Below are positions 1 through 10,910 of a stretch of DNA of 64,000 nucleotides, one piece after another. The DNA comes from Octopus vulgaris (taxonomy: Eukaryota), in NCBI GenBank assembly GCA_951406725.2, contig OX597826.1, positions 69,936,001 through 70,000,000 on the forward strand, written 5' to 3'. A program made the translations under genes and the position numbers. How positions within the stretch are numbered: position 1 is the first letter of the stretch; each line of letters starts with the position of its first letter. The notes under the pieces were generated by a model. It saw only the letters and a program-made list of their open reading frames with translations, ran no database searches and was not told the DNA's origin.

Positions 1-581
1 GACAGAGTTGGAACTTACATACATTGGAAGCTATGCCAACATTATGGAATAACAACAGAAAAAAGATGGTATAGGCACACACCAGAAAAGGTCACAGAAA
101 ACGAGAAAGCAACCATACTCTGGGATATGCCGATACACACAGATAGAGAAATTAAGGCCAACAGACCAGATATAGTTGTCAGAGACCATGAAGAAAAAAA
201 AATGCTTTCTAATTGATGTATCAGTACCGGCAGATGACAACGTGTCTCTAAAAGAAATGGAGAAACTCTCAAAATACAAAGACCTGGAAATAGAGGTAAC
301 TAGAATGTGGAATCTGAAAACAGAAACAATTCCTATCATAGTAGGTGCATTAGGCATGATAAAAAAATATTCAGACAAATACATAACAAAAACACCAGGA
401 CTTACAAACACATATAACATACAGAAAATTGCACTACTGGGCACTGCACACATCCTACGCAGAACACTTTCCATACAATAACCATCAGAGCATCACAACA
501 AATCACAGCACATACCCAAGGCACACAGAGCTGTGCTCGGTAGTGAAGTGAAAGCACGCTATAAAAATAAAAATAAAACTA

Positions 582-585
<4 letters not shown>
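1..585 (+). mobile_element. 3' end of an R4/Dong-like non-LTR retrotransposon (restriction-like endonuclease domain plus 3' UTR)
   Basis: Frame 1 reads DRVGTYIHWKLC...ILWDMPIHTDREIKANRPDIVV. After a frameshift in the A10 run (194-203) it continues CFLIDVSVP...EKLSKYKDL...IPIIVGALG...LLGTAHILRRTL* (stop at 481). These are the PD..D and KxxKY motifs of RLE. An (AAT)n tract follows at 586-615. Confidence 0.88.
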
Positions 586-618
<33 letters not shown>

Positions 619-659
619 TAAATTTTTAAAAATAAATAAAAAAAATAAATAAATAAACA

Positions 660-1211
660 AAAAAGTTTGTTTTAAACCTTGGGATTACATAGAGAGTATT
701 TTGCGTAGGATATGAGCAGTTCCCATGAGCACTATCTTTTGAATTTCTGCCATTTTGGGGTTTCCTGGTATCTGAGTTAGGTAGCAATCAGTCCCTTTCG
801 CTATCATTCCCAGGGCACCTATGACAACAGGTATTGTTTTAGTCTTCAGTTTCCACATTTTGCTGATTTCTATTTCAAGATCTTTATATTTGCTCAGTTT
901 TTAGTAGGTCTTGACAGATACGTTTATATCGATTGGGACAGCCATATCAATGAGGAGGCATGTTCTTTGTCTGAAGTCTTTCAATATAATGTCTGGCCTA
1001 TTTGCATCTATCTTCCTGTCAGTTTGAATGGTGAAGTTCCAGAGGAGTGAGATGTGGTCATTTTCAAGCACAGGAGGTGGATTGTGTTCCCACCAGTTTT
1101 TTACATGGAGCAAATCCAGGTTTTTGCAAATTACCCAGTGAATATATTGTGCAGCTCTATCATGCCTACTGAGGTACTCTGTAGGCGCTAGAAGACTGCA
1201 TTTGGAGACAA

Positions 1212-1212
<1 letters not shown>
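660..1212 (-). mobile_element. 5'-truncated R4/Dong-like non-LTR retrotransposon (second subfamily), RLE domain
   Basis: Reads SKCSLLAPTEYLSRHDRAAQYIHW...LLWNFTIQTDRKIDANRPDIIL...LIDMAVP..TY*KLSKYKDL..IPVVIGALG..LMGTAHILRKILSM*. Terminal stop at 685-687, premature TAA at 901-903. Lies tail-to-tail with the first copy. Confidence 0.88.
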
Positions 1213-1292
<80 letters not shown>

Positions 1293-1320
1293 CATTATTA
1301 TTATTATTATTATTATTATC
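1213..1320. repeat. (ATT)n microsatellite
   Basis: Direct reading; abuts the 5' truncation point of the Dong-like element. Confidence 0.97.
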
Positions 1321-1583
1321 TTCGTAACACCGGGAGCTGATATTTCTAAGACGGCACATCGATCCTGGACTCCTTGGCAACTCCATAAGCAACTCATCTC
1401 CATAAGCAACTAGTGAATACATATTTAATGACCGAATATTTAAATGAGGTTTTAATTACCTTCACAATTAGCCGAGAATGTTAATTATCACGTAAATCAT
1501 CTCTTGGACGGGTCATGTGTGAGCAAGGCAGTTTAGTTCTCACGAACCATAGAATTGTTGCGACGTCACCACCACGCTACTAT

Positions 1584-1586
<3 letters not shown>

Positions 1587-1653
<67 letters not shown>
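1587..1653. repeat. (ACT)n microsatellite
   Basis: Direct reading. Confidence 0.97.
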
Positions 1654-1741
1654 GCCACTGGCATCACTATTACAGTGATAATGACACTATATATCAACAG
1701 TGTCACTGTTCCTACGCGGAAGACAATCCCTACCACTACTA

Positions 1742-1782
<41 letters not shown>

Positions 1783-2113
1783 TACATTATGTGTGTGTTT
1801 CTTCTCAACCCATACCTTGCTCATATATATATATAATTTAAATAATAAGAGTGAAAAAGTGAATATTAATTTGATTAATACCAAGTGACCTAACATACTA
1901 GTGGCCTAACATATTGAAAAATCTGAAGATGCATATACGAGGGATGACCACTAAGTGGGCATCCATTATGCTAGATGTAGACTCCCTATGGTCTGACCAC
2001 CAAGAAAATACTATTCTCAAGAAAATTCAGCAAACGCCAGAACGTAAGCAAGCAAGACAAATGAAAAGATTTAAAATATAAAGATATAAAGATATATACA
2101 TACATATAAAAAC

Positions 2114-2698
2114 TTACTTGGAGAAGAGAAAACAACGCGTGCGTTTAGTCATATAATAGCAATTTAATAAATAAAACATGCATATATACATACGTATATG
2201 TACATACCTACATCTATATGTATATATACATGCATATATGAGTACAGGACACCACAAATAAACGTAGAACACAACGAGAAACAAAAACATAAAATCAAAC
2301 AAGGAAACGGACTTTTTTTTTAACAACGAAAAAAACAGAGTACAGGACAAACAATACAAGGAAAATTCTCCTTCAAATCCCCTGTTTCGACTCAATGCGT
2401 ATTTCGAAGGTAAGGGCAGAACACGATCTGGCCGGAACAATCCTTCCTGCAAAAGGAATTAAGTAAAATTCTTTTGCAGAGGGGTAAAACAAGTGACAAG
2501 AACAGGACGTAAAAGCAATACAAATGAAGAAAAAACAGTACAAATAAAGAATAACAGGACAAGGAAACCAACAATAAGGGCTTTTTTTAAAGCCTAGACG
2601 GTGTACTCATATATGCGTGTATATATACATATAGATGTAGGTATGTACATATATGTATGTATATATGCATATGTTTTATTAATTAAATTGTTATTATA
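2114..2698. mobile_element. Interspersed repeat (family P1, probably PLE-derived) with an inverted terminal segment
   Basis: 2150-2245 is the reverse complement of 2603-2698. The same family recurs at 3100-3330, 10911-12155 and 14650-15110. Confidence 0.6.
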
Positions 2699-2705
2699 TA
2701 CATAC

Positions 2706-2736
<31 letters not shown>

Positions 2737-2810
2737 TGTATGTATGTATGTATGTATGTATGTATGTATGTATGTGTATGTGTGTGTGCCCATTTCCATA
2801 TATATATATA

Positions 2811-3002
2811 CTCTTTTATACTTTTACTTGTTTCAGTCAATTGGTTGCAGCCATGCTGAGGCATTGCCTTTAAGTCGAACAAATCGACCCCCAGGACTTA
2901 TTCTTTGTAAGCCTACTACTTATTCTATCTGTCTCTTCTGCTGAACCGCTAAGTTACGGGAACATCGGTTGTAAAGCGATGGTGAGGGACAAACACAAAT
3001 GC

Positions 3003-3081
<79 letters not shown>

Positions 3082-3329
3082 TGTATGTTGATATGAGCCG
3101 AACTAGTGACAGCTGATGATAGGGGATTTTCCTTTTGTAGTATGTCCTGTACTTGTTTTTTCTGTTGTAAAAAAATGGTTTTTCCGTTTTCGTTTCTCGT
3201 TGAGTTCTACGTCTAGTTGTGGTGTCCTGTACTCACGTGTATATATATTTATATATGCATGTATATATACATGTAGATGTAGGTACGTACATATATGTTT
3301 GTATGTATGCATATATTTTATTTATTACA

Positions 3330-3375
<46 letters not shown>

Positions 3376-3508
3376 GACGCGCTTCCTTCAGTTTCCGTCT
3401 ACCAAATCCACTCACAGGGCTTTAGTCGACCCGAGGCTATAGTAGAAGACACTTGCCCAAGGTGCCGCGCAGTGGGACTGAACCTGGAAGCCTGTGGTTG
3501 CTAAGCAA
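2811..3508 (-). mobile_element. SINE family A, interrupted in its central microsatellite by a family P1 fragment (3100-3330)
   Basis: 3' part at 2811-3000 and 5' part at 3372-3508 match the full copy at 21520-21932. Confidence 0.8.
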
Positions 3509-3603
3509 TTCATATACCCTTGAATTGTGGGTCTTCCCGCTTTTTTTTCTTTCAACGGAAATATTTGAAAACAATATATACATACGCACACGTGTAAACA
3601 GTC

Positions 3604-3689
<86 letters not shown>

Positions 3690-3690
3690 G
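3604..3690. repeat. (GATA)n microsatellite
   Basis: Direct reading. Confidence 0.97.
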
Positions 3691-4097
3691 ATGATGACAG
3701 GGCTAGTGGTCTGTTGATGCTGGCGGTGGGGGGGGGTGAAGGGCTTGGCGATTGTCATCGTCGTATTAGTGATCGTGGTGTTTATATTTTCGGTTGGGAG
3801 CACACTTCGTCTCTCAATCCAGAAGACAACCACCGTCCTCACCACCACCACCACCACCACTACCAATGGCACTGGCAGCATTCCACATCTGTTGCTCACT
3901 CTATCACCTGTACTACAATATTGAGCATTCAGTCCCCTTGGGGTCTAAAGAGGTATGGGAGGGGTGGAGAAGCAGTCAGTCAGTACATTCGAAATGTCAT
4001 TTAAAATAAACTTACCAAGTTTGTGTTTTACTAAAAACGTAAACTTCTTAACTTACTAATGACGTTCACTGCGAGCAGTTGACAGCATTTACCTCGA

Positions 4098-4243
4098 TTC
4101 TTCTTTTTCTTCTTCTTTTTCTTTTTCTTCTTCTTCTTCTTTTTCTTCTTCTTCTTCTTTTTCTTCTTCTTCTTCTTCTTCTTCTTCTTCTTCTTCTTCT
4201 TCTTCTTCTTCTTCTTCTTCTTCTTCTTCTTCTTCTCATTATT

Positions 4244-4291
<48 letters not shown>

Positions 4292-4302
4292 ATTATTATT
4301 AT
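4098..4302. repeat. Compound (CTT)n-(GTT)n-(ATT)n microsatellite
   Basis: Direct reading. Confidence 0.95.
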
Positions 4303-4311
4303 TCGTGTTGT

Positions 4312-4523
4312 AGGCAGGGAATTGGCAGAATCGTTAGCACGCTGGACGAAATGCTTAGCGGTATTTCACCCGTCGCTACGTTCTGAGTTCAAATTTCACC
4401 GATTCGACTTTGCGTTTCATCATTTTGGGGTCGATAAATTAAGTACTAGTGAAATTCTGGGGTCGACGTAATCGACTATTCAACTCCCCCAAAACTTCAG
4501 GCCTTGTGCCTATAATAGACAGG

Positions 4524-4525
<2 letters not shown>
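4312..4525 (+). mobile_element. SINE family B (tRNA head with Nin/Deu-like central domain)
   Basis: A box-like TGGCAGAATCGTT, B box-like GAGTTCAAAT, and TTTCATC..TTGGGGTCGATAAATTAAGTAC central motif; (ATT)n tail. Confidence 0.82.
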
Positions 4526-4583
<58 letters not shown>

Positions 4584-4585
4584 TT

Positions 4586-4773
4586 TGCTTCAGTCATTTG
4601 ACTGCGGCCATTCTGGAGCACCGCCTTTTGTCGAACAAATCGACCTCAGTATTCTTTGTAAGCCTAGTACTTATTCTATCGGTCTCTTTTGCCGAACCAC
4701 TAAGTTACGGGGACATAAACACACCAATATCGGTTATTAAGCAATGATGCGGGACAAACACAGACACACACGC

Positions 4774-4775
<2 letters not shown>
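4586..4775 (-). mobile_element. SINE family A, 3' portion
   Basis: Matches the 3' half of 21520-21932. Confidence 0.8.
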
Positions 4776-4819
<44 letters not shown>

Positions 4820-5336
4820 AGTCTGAGCTTATCGTAAGTATTTGTACCTGCGACAAATACAATAGTTGTCACAGCGCCGTCTGTTTCCTCGTTTGAGGCA
4901 GGTCTAAGTGCTTACCTCTTGTTAAGTGTGAGTCTCGCCTAGCGCGTTCACTGCTCTGCACAGAAATTAGTTGCCTGTTATCTCTAGAATATACAAAGAT
5001 GCTCCCAAATGGTCGTTGTATAATACTGTTCCCGACAGAGTCGATTATCTAATTACACTCTTTCGGTATGTCCCGATTCCGAGAAGGCACAGATAACAAA
5101 AATACCTCTCATGACTCGCGATACATGCTACCGAAAACACACTGCACCATTGTTATATTTTCACCTCGAAGACACCTGTTTGATATAATTCGACAGTTCA
5201 TGATAGGACACCCAATCGTTAATGGGTCGCGACGTAAATCCTACGCACATATTTCTATGCACAAATGGATTGGATCAACAGCTGTTGAGCTGCGAATTCC
5301 TAACTCCGTCACTATAAAACAAAATTGTGATTACTT

Positions 5337-5760
5337 GATAATATGGACGCCGCTCGGGCGCGAAAGATTGACCGTTATGTAAACCTCCTGTGAAGACGCA
5401 GGCTGGAAAGCAGAGCATTTTCCAATCGAAGTCGGATGTAGAGGATTCTTTGGACACAGTGTGAGACGACTATTATTATCGTTAGGCCTATCTCATCGTA
5501 AAGTCAATACCACCATGACCGATATCCAAACTACAGTGGAGAAGGCTAGCCACTGGATTTGGTTAAAAAGAGACGATGAGCGATGGCTAGAAGAATATTG
5601 AGCTTTATTTGATAACCAGCTGATCTAGCAAGCGGGGCCTGATATCAATTAGGGGGGCCGGTGCGCATTGATGCCGTTGAGAGGTAGGCCCCGAAACTGC
5701 ATGCATTCTCTCCTGATGGCTTCCGGTATGCGGAGTTTTTGACTGGTAGCACTTGCATAT
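5337..5760 (+). mobile_element. 3' end of a Hero-like RLE non-LTR retrotransposon (frameshifted)
   Basis: DNMDAARARKIDRYVNL / CEDAGWKAEHFPIEVGCRGFFGHSVRRLL...VEKASHWIWLKRDDERWLEEY* (stop 5599-5601). FPIEVGCRGF and ASxWxWLKR are characteristic of Hero-clade C-termini. The 3' boundary is approximate. Confidence 0.78.
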
Positions 5761-6384
5761 GCAAGTTGTTTGCAAGACATCACAGGAATACGAAAACAGA
5801 ATCACGATCTTAAGCGGAAGCATGCTCCTAGCAGCCATGTATCTTTTCTCACAAAAACAGACTCAGGTTATTTACTCTCGCTGCTGTGCCAACCGCAAAA
5901 TAGGGTTAGCCGTGGTATGTACTTTCATGCTCATTACATGTTGCCTCCGACACAGTTTCTTCTTTCGCTTAACACTTTTCAGGCGCAACTGTTAATGACA
6001 TTCCCATGGAAACAGACAAATGCGACTTCCGCTATGTGGGAAACAGAAACTGCCGATTGGTTAAAATTTCAGAATTTTAAATGCTTGTAAAGAAAATGAA
6101 TGTGATTTTCGTCGGCAGCTTACAAAAACTACATCAGTGGGGGGGGGGGAAATTTGGAAAAAATCTGACGGCAGGAAAAATTGTAAAACGATTCCACAAA
6201 AGCTTCCTGTTGCTGCTGCTGTTTCAGTTGATGTTGTTGTTGTTGTTGTTGTTGTTGTTGTAAACGTCATTGTCGTTGCTGTTGTTGTCGTTGTTGCTAT
6301 TGTTGCTTCTTGTTATTTCCCGTAAATGTTATTGTTACTCTTATTTCCATGTTGTTATTGTTGTTGTTCTTACTAATGAAGTAT

Positions 6385-6772
6385 TCTCTCTCTCTTTCTT
6401 TTCTCCCTTTCCCCTCTCTCTTTTCCTCTCTCTCTTTCTTCTTTCCCATTCCCTCTCTCTTTTCCTCTCTCTCTTTCTTTTCTCCCTTTCCCCTCTCTCT
6501 TTTCCTCTCTCTCTTTCTTCTTTCCCATTCCCTCTCTCTTTTCCTCTCTCTCTTTCTTCTCTCCCTTTCCCTCTCTCTCTTTCTTCTCTCCCTTTTCCTC
6601 TCTCTCTTTCTTCTCTCCCTTTTCCTCTCTCTCTTTCTTCTCTCCCTTTTCCTCTCTCTCTTTCTTCTCTCCCTTTTCCTCTCTCTTTTCCTCTCTCTTT
6701 TCCTCTCTCTCTCTCGTTCTTCTCTCCCTTTTCCTCTCTCTCTCTCCCTCTCTTTGTCTATCTCTACTCTCT
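6385..6772 (+). repeat. Polypyrimidine minisatellite (~27-bp unit TTTTCCTCTCTCTCTTTCTTCTCTCCC)
   Basis: About 390 nt almost purine-free on the + strand, with visible unit repetition. Confidence 0.92.
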
Positions 6773-7186
6773 GCAGCCATCGTTCAAATACCACCACCAC
6801 CACCACCACCACCACCACCACCACCACCACAGCCGCCGCCACTGTCACTGCTTTCTCCGATGCCGCCTCCGCCACCTTGTCCTCCTCCTCATCATCATTA
6901 CTAAAAACTCGATCCCTTCTAATTGATCCCTGCGCCCTCTGTGTTTGTTTCTGCCCATATTCACTTACAACTTGACATTTCAGAGTACGACAGTCTAAAC
7001 AAAATACCCACTGGATACCCTTGTGTATTTCCACCCTCCACCCCACCCCACGCCACCCCCTAACACCAACACCGTCCCCTTCTGCTCTACTCTGCTGCGG
7101 CCCTGCTGCGAGTCCTGCAGTCTTTATTTACTTTTAAACCAGACCCCATTTGTTACAGTTCCTTTCATCCACAATCAACCCTTCCC

Positions 7187-7285
7187 TATCATCATCATCA
7201 TCATCATTACCATCAACATCATCATCATCATCATCAACATCATCATCATTACCATCAACATCATCATCATCATCATTACCATCAA

Positions 7286-7335
<50 letters not shown>

Positions 7336-7337
7336 CC

Positions 7338-7368
<31 letters not shown>

Positions 7369-7429
7369 AGGTCATCATCATCATCATCATCATTATCATC
7401 ACCATCATCATCATCATCATCATCATTAC

Positions 7430-7469
<40 letters not shown>

Positions 7470-7680
7470 GTCATCATCATCATCATCATCATTACCATCA
7501 TCATCGTCATGATCATCATCATCGTCATCATCATTATCATCAACATCATCATCATCATCATCATAGTCGTCGTTGTTCTAGCCGTCGTCATCGATGTCAA
7601 CGTCATTATAACAATCACCATAATTATCATCATCATAATCATCACCATCACCGTCGACCTTATCATCATCATCACCAACA
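7187..7680. repeat. Degenerate (ATC)n/(ACC)n trinucleotide tract
   Basis: Direct reading. Confidence 0.95.
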
Positions 7681-7896
7681 CTGCCAGTGGCCGCAGCAAG
7701 CAGGAGTGGAAAGTACGGTGAGTTAGGGGCTGCGGGGGAAAAAAGGAATATTTCGTTCCATAAGGTTAAAACGAGACGACACAGTTGTTTTAAAGATAAA
7801 TATTTTCTTAATGTTACTTTGAGAGAATCTTTCTTCAGTATGAAATGAAGAATATCTAAATACGTACATGTGTGTGTGTGTGTATTTATGTCTGTG

Positions 7897-7899
<3 letters not shown>

Positions 7900-7946
<47 letters not shown>

Positions 7947-7986
7947 GCATACATATATATATATATATATATATATAGTAAGTAAG

Positions 7987-8078
<92 letters not shown>
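7900..8078. repeat. (TA)n microsatellite
   Basis: Direct reading. Confidence 0.95.
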
Positions 8079-9314
8079 GAATGGATAGTGTTTGTAGTAC
8101 AATGTATACAAGTATTAAAAGTTGCAAAAATTACAGCATATAAACGTGTCCCGTATGTCAGCTAAAATACATGTGAGTTCTCTAGACATCCTAGTGGTTG
8201 AGGCTATACTCATGAAGTAATGTAGATAATTAAGTAACATAAACAGATTTCAAAAGTTCATTAAAGTTCTTTAAAGATGATGTACAGTCTTATCACAGAA
8301 TTTTAAAAAAGTCTTAATAGCATCACAGAGAAGGTGACCTAATCCATAGTGCACATATGAATTTCCAGAGATATGATGAGGGATTACATACTCACAGAAG
8401 AATTTATCCATTGTTAATTACAACGAGGTGGGTTTCAATTCCTGCTTATTAGCATTACAGAGAGGGTGAATTAATCCTTTGTATAGATGCACAATTTCCA
8501 ATGGTGTAGGTGTAAATTTCCAAGGAATTTCATATTCACAGGCGATAAATTTATCAATGGTTGAACACAATGAGGTAGGTATCAATTCTTGCTATATGAT
8601 TAGGTATTTGCCACATTAATCACATTACTGCTATTTACAAGAGGCTGTAGCTATTTAACTTTTAAAGGCTGAAGGGCTTACTAGAGCTGTATACAGCTCT
8701 AGTAAGCCCTTCAGCCTTTAAAAGTTAAATATACAGCCTCTTGTAAATAGCAGTAATGTGATTAATGTGGCAAATACCTAATCATATAGCAAGAATTGAT
8801 ACCTACCTCATTGTGTTCAACCATTGATAAATTTATCGCCTGTGAATATGAAATTCCTTGGAAATTTACACCTACACCATTGGAAATTGTGCATCTATAC
8901 AAAGGATTAATTCACCCTCTCTGTAATGCTAATAAGCAGGAATTGAAACCCACCTCGTTGTAATTAACAATGGATAAATTCTTCTGTGAGTATGTAATCC
9001 CTCATCATATCTCTGGAAATTCATATGTGCACTATGGATTAGGTCACCTTCTCTGTGATGCTATTAAGACTTTTTTAAAATTCTGTGATAAGACTGTACA
9101 TCATCTTTAAAGAACTTTAATGAACTTTTGAAATCTGTTTATGTTACTTAATTATCTACATTACTTCATGAGTATAGCCTCAACCACTAGGATGTCTAGA
9201 GAACCACATGTATTTTAGCTGATGCAGTACGGACACGTTTATATGCTGTAATTTTTGCAACTTTAATAAAACCTGTCCTTGTATGAAACGATTGTACTAA
9301 AAACCTATCCATTC
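8079..9314. repeat. Spacer-less palindrome of ~1.24 kb (arms ~610 bp)
   Basis: Centre CTAGAGCTGTA|TACAGCTCTAG at 8691/8692. For example, 8181-8280 is the exact reverse complement of 9101-9200. The distal ~90 nt of the left arm carry many small indels. Confidence 0.93.
9213..9302 (+). ncRNA. Hammerhead ribozyme motif (type I, degenerate core)
   Basis: TTTTAG-CTGATG(C)A-GTACGG...CCTTGTAT-GAAAC-GATT-GTA-CTAAAA. Stem I is TTTTAG/CTAAAA; homologous to 53902-53986; one extra C in the core. Confidence 0.6.
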
Positions 9315-9449
9315 TTGTTGCTTCATTCTCGCTTATAATCACCCCACATTACTGTATTGTTAAATCAGTATAGTTTTTTTTGGTGCATCTAAGTTAGGTA
9401 CCATATTCAAGTAAATTCATTTAAATTAACTTGAATCTTTATTGCTTTT

Positions 9450-9512
<63 letters not shown>

Positions 9513-10210
9513 ATGTATGTATGTATGTATGTATGTATGTATGAATTTTTGGATTAACTATACATATATATATATGTACATGTATGTATGTACATATAAA
9601 TATATGTATGTATATAAATGTATATGTCTATATATATATGTGTGTGTGTTGTCTATATATATATTCATATATACACATGCGTGTATGTATGTAGATTTTT
9701 TTTGTGTCTATGTTTATTTATGTCCGTAAATACGACGTATATATGTCTATACCATATACATATGCATACTTACATGTAAACATACACATACACATATCTA
9801 TATACACAGGCGTACGCGCGCGCGTGTGTGTGTGCTTGCGAGTCTAAACGATGTCTACTTTTGGCATTTCTGGGCAAGTGTCTTATACTGTAGCGTTCGG
9901 TCAACTTGAACTTTATGAGTGAAATTTGGTAAGCGGAAGCTGTTTAGAAGCCAGTCAAATAGAATGAAGCAGTAATTGATTCAAAGACCCGGCCTTGTCA
10001 TGCACAGTGTCACACTGATTCTGCCTGCGGAATATTCAGTCACTTACAATGTGATTGAACGAGTAAGCAGTTCAGTTAATCAAACATCTGGAAAACACAT
10101 CGTCAAAATCACCAGAATGTGGTTATTCTTCTCCTTGCTTATATACAGAAGCGTGGCTTTGCAGGCGCAGATGCAGCTTTATGCATGCATACATACATAC
10201 ATACATACAC

Positions 10211-10271
<61 letters not shown>

Positions 10272-10275
<4 letters not shown>

Positions 10276-10652
10276 CGCAGGAGTGGCTGTGTGGTAAGTA
10301 GCTTGCCTACCAACCACATGGTTCTGGGTTCAGTCCCACTGCGTGGCATCTTGGGCAAGTGTCTTCTGCTATAGCCTCGGGCCGACCAAAGCCTTGTGAG
10401 TGGATTTGGTAGACGGAAACTGAAAGAAGCCTGTCGTATATATGTATATATATATATGTATGTATGTGTGTTTATATGTTTATGTGTCTGTGTTTGTCCC
10501 TCTAGCATTGCTTGACAACCGATGCTGGTGTGTTTACGTCCCCGTCACTGAGCGGTTCGGCAGAAGAGACCGATAGAATAAGTACTAAAGGCGGTGCTCC
10601 AGCATGGCCGCAGTCAAATGACTGAAACAACTAAAAGAGTAAAAGAGTAAAA
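10272..10652 (+). mobile_element. SINE family A, near full length
   Basis: tRNA-like head GTGGCTGTGTGGTAAG...GGTTCAGTCC, CORE-like TCTTGGGCAAGT, central (TA/TG) tract, (GTAAAAGA)n tail. Confidence 0.88.
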
Positions 10653-10736
10653 GATATATATATATATATACCGGAGTAAACACATAAATGTGAAACAAGG
10701 TGGAAAACAGAGTACTCAAATACCAGTGGTAGAGTA

Positions 10737-10890
10737 ATATGCCTTATTTAAAGCAGCAGAAAATTCAACAAAACCTGTTACTCTGAGTTTCCCGTTGCCG
10801 TTCATCGGACAGTTTTAGCAGATGAACGGCAACGGGAAACTTAGAGTAACAGGTTTTGTTGAATTTTCTGCTGCTTTAAATAAAGCATAT
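10737..10890. repeat. Head-to-head inverted repeat (arms ~70 bp, 14-nt spacer) of a hammerhead-bearing PLE-like repeat
   Basis: 10737-10806 is the reverse complement of 10821-10890 with ~2 mismatches. Confidence 0.9.
10775..10812 (-). ncRNA. Minimal hammerhead-like motif (CCGAUGA core variant)
   Basis: CTGT-CCGATGA-A-CG GCAA CG-G-GAAAC-TCAGA-GTA-ACAG. Stem I is CTGT/ACAG, stem II is short with a GNRA loop, stem III is ACTC/GAGT. Confidence 0.55.
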
Positions 10891-10910
10891 ATATATATAT
10901 ATATATATAT

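Noticed and set aside
3866-3890. AATGGCACTGGCAGCATTCC resembles mature miR-263/miR-183-family sequence
   Set aside because: It has internal mismatches and no complementary arm nearby to form a pre-miRNA hairpin
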